Shown here: positions 38,476 through 47,369 of the stretch, one piece after another
Position numbering within the stretch: the first letter of the stretch is position 1
Layout of the letters: each line of letters begins with the position of its first letter
DNA from: Polyangiales bacterium
GTDB taxonomy: Bacteria > Myxococcota_A > Polyangia > Polyangiales > JADJQN01
NCBI GenBank assembly: GCA_964202905.1
Contig: CAXNJO010000004.1
Span: 64,001-128,000, forward strand
Reading direction: 5' to 3'
Length of the DNA: 64,000 nt
Made by a program: the position numbers and the translations under genes
Notes under the pieces: model-generated
What the model saw: the letters and a program-made list of their open reading frames with translations, nothing else
Databases searched by the model: none
Told to the model about the DNA's origin: nothing

Positions 38476-40269
38476 TCAGCCGAGGTGGATCGGCGTCAGC
38501 GAGCTCGGCGCCGGTCGGCCCTGCAGCTCCGCGAGGGCCTCGGCCGGGAGCGGAAACCAGCGGAGTCGCTCGAGGTCCGGCGCGAGCGGCGGCACCGGGA
38601 CGGCGGGCGGCGCGGCCTGGAAGTCGCGCACGGCGGCGTCGAGCACACGGCGCGCCTCCTCGAGGTAGCCCGCGAGCGCCCACTCGGGTTCGGTCACGTG
38701 GCGGGCGCGGTAGGTCATGCGGCCGCCGCGGTAGTGCACGTCGCCGAGGCTGAGCGCGGGGACGCTGCGTCGCGTCGCGTGCCGCCAGGTGCCCGTCGCG
38801 ACGTCGAAGACGTAGTGCGGCAGCAGCTTCCAACCTTCGTTGGCGACGAGGTGCACGGCGGCGAGGAGGTACTCGAAGACCGCCTCGCTGATGAAGTAGT
38901 TGAAGTTCACGCGCACCCAGCCGGGCTTGATCCCCTCCGAGCCCTCGACGATCGCGCACTCGAAGCTCTCCGACGTCGTGAGATCGATCCCGAGGAGACG
39001 ATGCCCGTAGGGGCCCGCGCAGCTGCAGCCGCCGCGCGCCTGGATCCCGAAGAGATCGTTGAGCAGCGCGACGACGAAGTTGTGGTGCAGCACGCCGTCG
39101 CCGTGCCGCACGACGAACGAGAGGATCGACAGGCGCCAGGCGTCCTGGTTGCCGAGGATGCGGAGGTTGGGGTTCGTGCGCCACGACGCGATCGCGCGCC
39201 GGATGAACGACTCCTCGCGGGCGCGGATGGTCTCGTGGCCCACGGCCTCCTTCAGCTGGAAGACGAGCCCCGCGCGGATCGACTCGAGGATCGCGGGGGT
39301 TCCGCCTTCCTCGCGGTGCGTGGGGTCCTCGAGGTAGCGGTGGTGGCGTGGTCCGACGTAGTGCACGGTGCCGCCGCCGGGCATCGTCGGCACCCGGTTG
39401 GCGAAGAGGCGACGCTTGGCGACGAGCACGCCGGGCGTGCCGGGGCCGCCGATGAACTTGTGCGGCGAGAGAAACACCGCGTCGAGCGCGAGGTCTGGCT
39501 CCCCCGGGGGGGTCACCTCGATCTTCACGTACGGTCCGGCCGCGGCGTAGTCCCAGAAGGCGAGCGCGCCGTGCGCGTGCAGGAGCCGTGTGACCGCGCG
39601 GATGTCGGAGCCGATGCCCGTGACGTTCGAGGCCGCCGAGAAACTGCCGATGCGGAGCGGGCGGTGCGCGTACGCGACCAGTTCGCGCTCGAGGAGCGCG
39701 AGGTCGATCATGCCGTCGGCATCTTCGTCGATGGTCACGACGTCGGCGATGGATTCGCGCCACGGGAGCTCGTTGGAGTGGTGCTCGTACGGGCCGATGA
39801 ACACCACCGGCCGCTCGTCCGCCGGGATCTGCGCGCGCAGGTCATAGCGGGCGTCGAGGTCCGCCGGGAGGCTCAGGTTGAGGACGTCGACGAGCTTGTG
39901 GATCGCGCTCGTCGCGCCCGAGCCCGTGAAGATCACGCAGTCCTCGTCGGTGCCGCCGACCGCGCCGCGGATCGTCGCGCGCGCCTCCTCGCGGAAGCGG
40001 CTCGTCTGCATGCCGGTGCCGCTCGTCTCGGTGTGCGTGTTCGCGTAGAGCGGCATCACCTCGCCGCGGATGAAGTCCTCGATGAACGAGAGCGAGCGTC
40101 CGGACGCCGTGTAGTCCGCGTACGTCACGCGACGCGGGCCGTAGGGCCCGTCGATGACGCGGTCGTCGCCGATGATCGACGCGCGGATCTCGTCGACGAG
40201 GCGCTGCGAGGTCGCGTCGTCGTCGCGGGTCGCGGCAGTCGGGGGCGTGTAGGGCGTCGGGGTGTTCAT
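38476..40269 (-). CDS. Class V PLP aminotransferase (cysteine desulfurase-like)
   Basis: YADYTASGR, YANTHTE, EHHSN, ASNVTG, SPHKF (PLP Lys), RGGCSCAGPY. Confidence 0.9.
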   Translation of the reverse strand: MNTPTPYTPPTAATRDDDATSQRLVDEIRASIIGDDRVIDGPYGPRRVTYADYTASGRSLSFIEDFIRGEVMPLYANTHTETSGTGMQTSRFREEARATIRGAVGGTDEDCVIFTGSGATSAIHKLVDVLNLSLPADLDARYDLRAQIPADERPVVFIGPYEHHSNELPWRESIADVVTIDEDADGMIDLALLERELVAYAHRPLRIGSFSAASNVTGIGSDIRAVTRLLHAHGALAFWDYAAAGPYVKIEVTPPGEPDLALDAVFLSPHKFIGGPGTPGVLVAKRRLFANRVPTMPGGGTVHYVGPRHHRYLEDPTHREEGGTPAILESIRAGLVFQLKEAVGHETIRAREESFIRRAIASWRTNPNLRILGNQDAWRLSILSFVVRHGDGVLHHNFVVALLNDLFGIQARGGCSCAGPYGHRLLGIDLTTSESFECAIVEGSEGIKPGWVRVNFNYFISEAVFEYLLAAVHLVANEGWKLLPHYVFDVATGTWRHATRRSVPALSLGDVHYRGGRMTYRARHVTEPEWALAGYLEEARRVLDAAVRDFQAAPPAVPVPPLAPDLERLRWFPLPAEALAELQGRPAPSSLTPIHLG

Positions 40270-40273
40270 GGGC

Positions 40274-43096
40274 TCAACCGAGGTCCGCGAGGGTGCGCTC
40301 GACGCGTTCGGCGTCCGCCGTGAGCCCGATGCGCCGGAGGATCACGCGGGCTTCTCCGAGCCGGTCGCGGGCGCCCTCGAGGTCCGCGCGTTCGATGAGG
40401 TGGAAGCCGAGCTCCGCCATCGAGCGGGCCGACTCCTTCTCGCTGCCGATCTCGCGGAAGATGTCGATGGACGAGAGGAACGCCTCTTCGGCGCGCCGAT
40501 CGATCTGGCCCGACGCGTCGAAGAGCGTGCTCGCGCGCAGCTCGCCGAGCGCGCGGTACGCCATGCCGATGGCCTCGCGGCTGCCGTATTGCTCGGCGAG
40601 CGCGAGTGCGTGGGTGACCTGCGCCTCGGCGCCATCGTCGTTGCGACGCAGCAGGAGCACGCCGAGGTTGCGCTCGATCGCGGCGCGGGCGCGCAGATCC
40701 TCGAGTGTGGCGCAGAGCTCGCGGGCGGTCGTCAGCGGCTCGAGTGCCTCGTCGAGGCGCTTCTCCGAGAGCAGGGCCTCGCCGAGGTTGTTCAGCAGGA
40801 ACACCTGCGTTCGCACGTCGCCGATCTCGCGCGCCTGCGAGAGCCCGTCGCGCCAACACGTGAGGGCAACCTCTGCGTGGCCGCGCTCGAAGGCGAGGAT
40901 GCCGAGCGCGTTGAGGGACTGGACGATGCCTTCGAGGTCCCCGATCTGTTTGCGAATCTCGAGGGCCTGCCGGAAACAGCCTTCGGCGACCTCGAGCTGG
41001 CCGAGGGCGAGCTCGATGGCCCCGTACGTCGTCAGCGAGAGCGCCTCACCGCGCGCGTCGGCGTGCGCGCGGCGGATCTCGAGCGCCTCGGCGGCCGCCG
41101 TGCGCGCGGGGACCAACTCGCCGAGCAGCCGCATCACCTGCGCGAGATCGTCGAGCGTGCTCGCGACGCCGCGGACGTCGCCGGCGCTGCGGAACAGGCC
41201 GAGCGCGCGCTCGAGGAGCACCCGGGCGTTCGCGTCCGCGCCGCGCTGCCGCTCGATGCGCGCGAGCCGGTTGAGCGCGGCGCCGCCCTTGTTCGGGGCG
41301 CCGATCTGCCAGGCGAGCCGCAGCATCTCCGAGAAGGAGCGCTTGGCGTCGTCGTAGCGGCCGAGCGTCGTCAGCAGCGAGCCGTGCTGGAGCAGCGCCT
41401 CGACGCGCTTGGCGACGTCCTCCGTGTCGAGCAGCGGCAGCGCGCGCTCGACGCAGCGGAGCGCCGCGGCGGTGCGCAGCTTCTGCCGCTCGAAGATGGC
41501 CGACTCGAGGTACGCGCGGCCTGCGCGCGCCCCCATCCCGGCGCGCTCGAGGTGAGGCGCGATCATCGCGGCGACGCCCTCGCGCGACACCTCCGCCCGC
41601 AGCGTCAGAAAGCGCGCGACCGCCGCGTGCCGGGCGACGCGCGTCGCCTCGGGGAGTTCGCCGTAGAGGAGCGCGCGGGTGCCGGCATGCACGAACACGA
41701 ACTCGCGCGACCCGGGCAGGTCGCTCGTCGGTGTGAGTTCGATGAAGCCCAGGTATTCGAGACGCGCGATGTCGGCGTCGAGAGCGCGCTCGTCTCCGTC
41801 CTCGGGCCAGAGCGACGCGACATCGCCGAGGGTGCCCGGGGCCTCCCGCTCCGCGCGCATCTGCGCGAGCACCGCGCCGGACCAGAACACCTCGCCCACC
41901 ACCGCCGCGCGGTCGAGCGTCGCGCGCACGGAGGCGTCGACACGCGAGAGCCGCGCCCGAATCGCGTCCTCGGCCGTCACCGGCGAGCCCGGCTCGTCGA
42001 GCCGCGCGAGGTCGACCACCAGCCCGTCCTCCGTGGGTTGGAACAGCCCCGCGTCGGAGAGCGCGAGGACCAGCTCGCGGAGCGCGCTCGGGTTTCCCCG
42101 TGATCGATGCGTGATCGCCGCGACGAGCGGCTCCGGCGCCGCGCTCAGCGTCGGCAGCAGCGTGAGCAGCACGGTCGCGACGTCACCTTCGGTGAAGGGC
42201 GCGATCGCCGTCGCCGTCGTCCCGCCCGCGGCCTCGATCGCACGCGCGCGCTCGAGCACCGGCGCGTCGCCCGCGACCACCACCGCGAGGTGCGCGTCCG
42301 CGTGGAGGACCGCGTCGAGCAGATCCCACACCTCCGCCGCGGCCTCGTGCATGTTGTCGAGCAGCAGCAAGACGGGGCGCTTCTGGGCCTCCCCCTCGAG
42401 GAAGCGCGTGACCGCGAGGCGCGCGCGGCGGCGCAACTCCTCGGGCTGGCGCTTGAGCGGCGTGAGGAAGGGGCTGTCGGGGAAGGGCACCCCGGCGACG
42501 TGCCCGAGCAGGTGCGTCGTCTCCGCGACACGGATGGCGTCGCTCGCGCCGATCACCTCGCCGACGATCATGGCCATCTGCCCGCGCACGACCGCGGGGA
42601 ATGTCGAGGGGGTCACGCGGAAGCGCTCGAGCAGGAGCCGCGAGAAGGGCGCGTACGCGCCGTCGCCGCCCTCGCGACACGCGGCGTAGAGCACCAACAC
42701 CTCGGGCTCGATGCGCGCCGCGAACTCGCTCGCGTAGACGAGCAAACGCGTCTTGCCCGAGCCGCGTCCGCCCTCGAGCGCCACGAGCGTCGGCATCCCG
42801 ACGGTGAACGCGCGCTCGACGCTGGTCCGTATGGCCTCCGAGGCCTCGGCCTGCCCGATGAACGGCGCCTCCTGCTCGCCTGTGAGTTCGACCCCCGCGT
42901 CCGCGGCGGCCTCCTCGTCGGTCGCGTCGCCCGGCGTGCCCTCGTCCGGCTCGCGCGCCGCGACCGCGAGGCTCCCGGTGAACGTCGCGCGGCGTGTCCC
43001 TGCGGATCCGAGCGGCGCGCCGCAGCGGGCGCAGGCGCGCCAGATCTTCGGGTTCGAGAAGCTGCACGAGGCACAGGCCGAGAGCGCGGGATCCAT
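40274..43096 (-). CDS. Zinc-ribbon + STAND-like AAA ATPase + TPR protein
   Basis: CASC..CARC; Walker A GGRGSGKT; Walker B LLLLDNMH; GNP motif; long TPR array. Start ATG 43096 inferred. Confidence 0.8.
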   Translation of the reverse strand: MDPALSACASCSFSNPKIWRACARCGAPLGSAGTRRATFTGSLAVAAREPDEGTPGDATDEEAAADAGVELTGEQEAPFIGQAEASEAIRTSVERAFTVGMPTLVALEGGRGSGKTRLLVYASEFAARIEPEVLVLYAACREGGDGAYAPFSRLLLERFRVTPSTFPAVVRGQMAMIVGEVIGASDAIRVAETTHLLGHVAGVPFPDSPFLTPLKRQPEELRRRARLAVTRFLEGEAQKRPVLLLLDNMHEAAAEVWDLLDAVLHADAHLAVVVAGDAPVLERARAIEAAGGTTATAIAPFTEGDVATVLLTLLPTLSAAPEPLVAAITHRSRGNPSALRELVLALSDAGLFQPTEDGLVVDLARLDEPGSPVTAEDAIRARLSRVDASVRATLDRAAVVGEVFWSGAVLAQMRAEREAPGTLGDVASLWPEDGDERALDADIARLEYLGFIELTPTSDLPGSREFVFVHAGTRALLYGELPEATRVARHAAVARFLTLRAEVSREGVAAMIAPHLERAGMGARAGRAYLESAIFERQKLRTAAALRCVERALPLLDTEDVAKRVEALLQHGSLLTTLGRYDDAKRSFSEMLRLAWQIGAPNKGGAALNRLARIERQRGADANARVLLERALGLFRSAGDVRGVASTLDDLAQVMRLLGELVPARTAAAEALEIRRAHADARGEALSLTTYGAIELALGQLEVAEGCFRQALEIRKQIGDLEGIVQSLNALGILAFERGHAEVALTCWRDGLSQAREIGDVRTQVFLLNNLGEALLSEKRLDEALEPLTTARELCATLEDLRARAAIERNLGVLLLRRNDDGAEAQVTHALALAEQYGSREAIGMAYRALGELRASTLFDASGQIDRRAEEAFLSSIDIFREIGSEKESARSMAELGFHLIERADLEGARDRLGEARVILRRIGLTADAERVERTLADLG

Positions 43097-43167
43097 GGCG
43101 CCGGTTGTCGCAGATGGTCGGGCCGTTGTCACCGCCCGCCCGGTCGCCGACACCACGCGCGGCACGA

Positions 43168-44250
43168 TCAGCGCGCGGCGTCGCTCCGGCAGCGTGTGCG
43201 CGCGCTCTCGCGGAGCCGCGCCTGCCTCTCCGCGAGCACCTCGGGCGGCAGCACCGCGGGCGGTGCCACCTCGCCGACATCGGCGCTGCCCCGCGGAACG
43301 TAGAACAGTGACACGTCGTCGACCACGTCGAAGAGCTCGTCGCCCGCCGCGAGCAGCGCGCAGTTCCGCGCCATCAGATCGTCGTGGATCAGCGTGAACG
43401 CCTCGACGCTCCACGCGTGCGTGTCGTGCAGCAGGATGATCCCGCCGCGCTCCCCCTCGTCGCGCTCGCGCCGTTCGAACACGCGGCGCCAGGTCTCGAG
43501 CACGTCCGCGGCGGAGCGGACCTGGAAGTCTCCGGTGCCCAGGTTCCACATCACGATCGTGTACCCGCGCCCGGCGACGAACTCGTCGTTGCGCCGCGCG
43601 TGCATGCCGAAGGGAGGCCGGAAGAGCCACGGCCTCGCGCCGAAGACCTCCTCGAAGATCCGCTCATTTTCCTCGATCTGGAAGCGCAGCGACTCCGAGC
43701 CGAGGGTCGGCAACGGGAGGTGGTCGACGGTGTGGCTCGCGACGACGTGCCCGCGGCGCACGACGTCCCGAGCGATCTCCTGCTGCTCACGCTGTCGCCG
43801 GTTCTCGCCGCGGATGCGATGCCCCGCCATGAAGAACACCGCGCGCGCGCCCGCCGCATCGAGTCGGTCGAGGAGTTTCGGGGTCGTCGAGCGCTCGGGG
43901 CCGTCGTCGAAGGTGAAGAGGATCAGGCGGTGCGGTGTCGCGCCCCCGATGGTGAGGCCCGCAGCCGTACGCTCGCCAAGCGGGTCGCCGGCGCGTGCGG
44001 CGTCGCGGGTGCGGCCGCCTTCGTGGAGCGGGTCGGGCGGAAACGCGGCGACGACCTCGATGGGGGCCGCCCGAGGCAGCGCCGCCGCGGCAGGAGCCGT
44101 TGCGCGGACCTGCGCGACCCGCTGCGGAACGCGGGCCTGGCCCGGGATTGTGCGCGTCGCGTGCGCCATCGCCGCACCGCCCGCGAGCGCGGCCGCACAG
44201 AGCACCCACCGGCTCAGCCAGCCAGCGCGCGGGGTCGTGGGCGGTCGCAT
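43168..44250 (-). CDS. Exported polysaccharide deacetylase (NodB/CE4)
   Basis: N-terminal hydrophobic segment; TFDDGP, HTVDH, FRPPFG, ILLHD. Confidence 0.88.
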   Translation of the reverse strand: MRPPTTPRAGWLSRWVLCAAALAGGAAMAHATRTIPGQARVPQRVAQVRATAPAAAALPRAAPIEVVAAFPPDPLHEGGRTRDAARAGDPLGERTAAGLTIGGATPHRLILFTFDDGPERSTTPKLLDRLDAAGARAVFFMAGHRIRGENRRQREQQEIARDVVRRGHVVASHTVDHLPLPTLGSESLRFQIEENERIFEEVFGARPWLFRPPFGMHARRNDEFVAGRGYTIVMWNLGTGDFQVRSAADVLETWRRVFERRERDEGERGGIILLHDTHAWSVEAFTLIHDDLMARNCALLAAGDELFDVVDDVSLFYVPRGSADVGEVAPPAVLPPEVLAERQARLRESARTRCRSDAAR

Positions 44251-44386
44251 GCGTCGACAGGGTAGGCAGCGCGTGCACGGCACCGCCAGAAAACGTGTAC
44301 CCCCGCACCGCCCCGCGACGGGCACGGCGCGCCGCGCACGTTCGCGCCTCACCGTCCTCGAGGGGCAGGTCGAGAGGGTCAGGGTG

Positions 44387-44409
44387 TGACGGGCAGCCCG
44401 TGCCCGTCA
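44387..44409. terminator. Perfect 9-bp stem hairpin downstream of the small lipoprotein gene
   Basis: TGACGGGCA-gcccg-TGCCCGTCA. No U-tract, so terminator function is uncertain. Confidence 0.4.
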
Positions 44410-44436
44410 GTTCGTGACCGTCAATTCGTGACCGTG
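44404..44436. repeat. 14-bp tandem duplication spanning the lipoprotein stop codon
   Basis: CCGTCAGTTCGTGA / CCGTCAATTCGTGA / CCGT. Confidence 0.8.
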
Positions 44437-44804
44437 AGGACCGTGCCGGCGCTGGAAATGTCGATGCCGCCGGTGTTCGAGAACAGCGCGTTGTGGTTGC
44501 AGTCCTCGAGCTTCACGTCCCAGACGCCGGTGCCGACCGTCCACATGTAGTTCGAGCCCGGCTGGATCACGTTGCTGCCGAGCTGGTCCGGGCCCCAGTT
44601 CGGGTCGCTGTGGGCCGAGATCATCGCGTAGCAGATGACCGTCGATGACTGGTTGTTGATCATGAACACGCCCGCGTTCGGGGCAGCGCCCATCGGGGCA
44701 TTGCCGCCCGTGTTGGTGCCGCCGGCGGCGACGATGCCGGGGCCGCAGGCGGTGAGGGACGCGAACGCGAGCACCATGGTGAGAGCGCGGAGAGAGAAGG
44801 TCAT
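44421..44804 (-). CDS. Small hypothetical lipoprotein (beta-sandwich)
   Basis: FASLTAC lipobox; INNQS..VICY..IS.....WGPDQLG..VI.PG.....V..G.WDVK.EDC pattern. Confidence 0.8.
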   Translation of the reverse strand: MTFSLRALTMVLAFASLTACGPGIVAAGGTNTGGNAPMGAAPNAGVFMINNQSSTVICYAMISAHSDPNWGPDQLGSNVIQPGSNYMWTVGTGVWDVKLEDCNHNALFSNTGGIDISSAGTVLTVTN

Positions 44805-44858
44805 GGCGGCTGACGCTAGACGAAGCGTGCCGCATCCTGCAAGCCCCCTCAGACCGCC

Positions 44859-46295
44859 TCAATCGCTCGCGAAATCGAGCGGGACATCGAGGGCCAGTGA
44901 CTCCACACCGCCGGGGGGCGGGAAGCTCCAGCGGCGCGCTTGGTTCTCCACGCAGGTCGAGAGCCACGGCAGCGGCGTCGTCGCCGAGAGGGTCGCGCGC
45001 GTGACCCGGCCGCTCGGCGCGACCCAGGCGCGCAGCGTCATCTGGCCGGTGAGGTCCGGCCGTCGCAGGAGGGCGGTGCGGTAGCAACGCTGGAGTCCGT
45101 CCATCCCGCGGGCGACGACGGCGCGCACCGCCGACGGCGCGAGCACGCCGTGCGAGGGGGCTGCGTCGGGCTCGGGCGCGCCGGCGAGGGTCGGGTCGAG
45201 CGAGCTGCCCTCGGGCGACACCTCGAACTCGAAGCGCGTCGGTGCGCCGGACAGCGCGAACGACACACCCCGGTGTGTGCCGGGTGACGCGCGCATGGCG
45301 ATCGTGCCGGCGATGGGCAGCGCGAGCCCGTCGATCTCGAGGCCGCGGAGGCCCTCGAGGCGGGGCACACGCAGCGCGGGCCAGTCGCGCGCCTTCGCGT
45401 CGAGGCCGACCGGCGCGACGAGCACCGAGGGATGCACGGCGACGGTGTCGGGCGACGAGTTCCAACGCCCGGGCCCCGTGACGCTCGTGACGGTGCCCTC
45501 GGCGTCGCGCACGTCGACCGTGCCGTCGGCGACGCTGAGCGTCACGACACCCCCCGCCAGATGCGCGACGGCGAAGCGCGTCCCCCGCACGGTGAAGACC
45601 CAATCGCCGGCGCGCACCTCGTAGCGGGCTCCCGCATCGAGGGGAGCGACGCGGCTCGTCACGCGCCCCTGCTCGAGCGTGAGTTGCGTCGCTCGCTCGC
45701 GGCTGCGGGCGAGCGTGACGCGCGTCTCGTCGCCGAGGAGGAACCCAGTCCCGTCTGCGAGCCGGAGGTGCACCGTGCTCCGTGGGAACGTGGCGACCAG
45801 CGCGCCCTCGCGTACGGTCGCGTCGAGCGTCAGCGGGCGCTCGTCGGCCGTCGCGTGCCCGGCGACGAGCATGACCCGGGCCTCGCGCGGCGCACCCTCG
45901 CGTGCCGCCGCGAGCGCCGCGGCGTCCGGGCGCTCCGTCGGCGCCGCTTCCGCGGGCCAGAGCGCCCCGCCGGTGACGAGCGCGAGCACCGCCGCGGCCG
46001 CTGCGAACCCGCCCCACAGCGCGTGCCGTGCGCCGGCGCGCTCACGCCGGACGGCGCCCGCGACCTCGCGAGCCTCGCGTCGGAGCCGCGCCTCCATCGC
46101 CGCCCAGTCGGGCTCTCGCCACCGCTGCGCGGACGCCTCTCGGCGGAGCGTCTCGTAGGCGCGGATCGCGGCGAGCTCCGCGCGGCAAGCCTCGCAACCG
46201 GCGAGGTGCCGTGCGATTCGCGCGGCGCCGGCCGGCGAGAGCAGGTCCGCGTCGTAGGCGAGGAGCGCCGCCGTCTTCGGTGAATGGCGGTTCAT
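44859..46295 (-). CDS. Anti-sigma factor: zinc-finger (ZAS), TM helix, FecR-like domain, C-terminal TonB-C/AgmX-like domain
   Basis: HLAGCEAC; TM; LTLEQGRV...VRGTRFAV..SVADGTV; LQRCY..AL.RRPDLTG....CV....RRWSFP.P. ATGA overlap with the sigma gene. Confidence 0.8.
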   Translation of the reverse strand: MNRHSPKTAALLAYDADLLSPAGAARIARHLAGCEACRAELAAIRAYETLRREASAQRWREPDWAAMEARLRREAREVAGAVRRERAGARHALWGGFAAAAAVLALVTGGALWPAEAAPTERPDAAALAAAREGAPREARVMLVAGHATADERPLTLDATVREGALVATFPRSTVHLRLADGTGFLLGDETRVTLARSRERATQLTLEQGRVTSRVAPLDAGARYEVRAGDWVFTVRGTRFAVAHLAGGVVTLSVADGTVDVRDAEGTVTSVTGPGRWNSSPDTVAVHPSVLVAPVGLDAKARDWPALRVPRLEGLRGLEIDGLALPIAGTIAMRASPGTHRGVSFALSGAPTRFEFEVSPEGSSLDPTLAGAPEPDAAPSHGVLAPSAVRAVVARGMDGLQRCYRTALLRRPDLTGQMTLRAWVAPSGRVTRATLSATTPLPWLSTCVENQARRWSFPPPGGVESLALDVPLDFASD

Positions 46296-47059
46296 CGCTC
46301 GCCTCCCGGCGGACGCTTCGCCGCCGCCGCAGGGGCCGGGCCGTCGGGCACGGCCGCGCCGAGCGCCGGGCGCCCGTGGACGTCGGGGCCGAGCTCGGAG
46401 AGCAGCGCCTTCAGCCGGGGCTCGCCGGCGATCGCCGCGTAGAGCTCTTTGCGTGCGTAGAAAAGCCGCGTTCGCACCGTGAGGACCGGCGCTCCGACGA
46501 GCTCGCCGATCTCCTTCGCAGGGCGCCCCTCGAGGTCGTGGAGGACGAGCACCGTGCGCTTCTTCTCGCCGATCCCCTCGAGCAACCGGTACAGCACCGC
46601 GAGCCGCTCGGAGCACTCCGCGCGCGCCTCGGGTGAGTCGCTCGGCGCGTCGGCCGTCGGGGCCTCGGGCACTTCGACGTCCGCAATCTGCGGACGCGAA
46701 CGACCACGGCGCAAGTGCATGCGCGTGACGTTCACGGCGAGGCGGTACAGCCAGGTCGTGAACTTCGAGTCGCCGCGGAAGGTCGGGAGCGAGCGGAAGA
46801 CGTGGATGAAGACATCCTGCACGACGTCGTCGACGTCGGGCGAGGGCCCCATCACGCGCTGCACCGTCCGCGTGACGTCACTCCGGTGACGCACGAAGAG
46901 CGCGTGAAAGGCTGCCTCGTCGCCTCCCTGCGCGCTGCGGATGAGTGGATCGGGCGCGTCCATCGTGGGCGTGGGCCTCGCGAGCGCGGCGGGAGCCGCG
47001 TGAAGCGTCGTGGAAGCGAGGTGAACCGCGAGGGCGGAGCTGGGGGAGGAGGCTACCAT
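46292..47059 (-). CDS. ECF (sigma24-type) RNA polymerase sigma factor
   Basis: GDEAAF..L, DDVVQDVF, F.GDSKFTTWLYRLAVN, EIG..VG.PV.TVRTRLFYAR. Start 47059 or 46963. Confidence 0.9.
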   Translation of the reverse strand: MVASSPSSALAVHLASTTLHAAPAALARPTPTMDAPDPLIRSAQGGDEAAFHALFVRHRSDVTRTVQRVMGPSPDVDDVVQDVFIHVFRSLPTFRGDSKFTTWLYRLAVNVTRMHLRRGRSRPQIADVEVPEAPTADAPSDSPEARAECSERLAVLYRLLEGIGEKKRTVLVLHDLEGRPAKEIGELVGAPVLTVRTRLFYARKELYAAIAGEPRLKALLSELGPDVHGRPALGAAVPDGPAPAAAAKRPPGGER

Positions 47060-47156
47060 GGGGAGGGTCCGTTCGCGTCGGATCTCCGTTGCCCCGCGAC
47101 CTGCGCTGCGTTCAACCGCGTGCGCCGTATCGCTCCCACCGAGCCTGGGGAATGAA

Positions 47157-47237
47157 TCAGCGCAGCTTGCGGTTGGCGAGGCGGAAGACGTCGTCTGCGA
47201 GCAGGAGCCCGATGACCGTGGCGACGAAGAAGACCAT
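47157..47237 (-). CDS. 26-aa single-TM small protein (below the ORF-track cutoff)
   Basis: MVFFVATVIGLLLADDVFRLANRKLR*. 24 of 25 post-start codons end in G/C. TTGACC-N17-GAAACA-N6-ATG upstream. Confidence 0.6.
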   Translation of the reverse strand: MVFFVATVIGLLLADDVFRLANRKLR

Positions 47238-47369
47238 GGGCCGTGTTTCGCCGAACGCGCGATCCCGGTCAAAAAAGCGTCACGGCGCGCGCCGCGACGT
47301 CGAGCGCGACCCGCACCCCGCGCGCGGCCGCGCTTGCGACGGGCACCCCGTTCGACTAGGACCGCCGCC

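Noticed and set aside
40274..43096. Avs-type antiphage STAND system
   Set aside because: No nuclease, TIR, SIR2 or protease effector and no defence-island context. It resembles common myxobacterial signalling ATPases.
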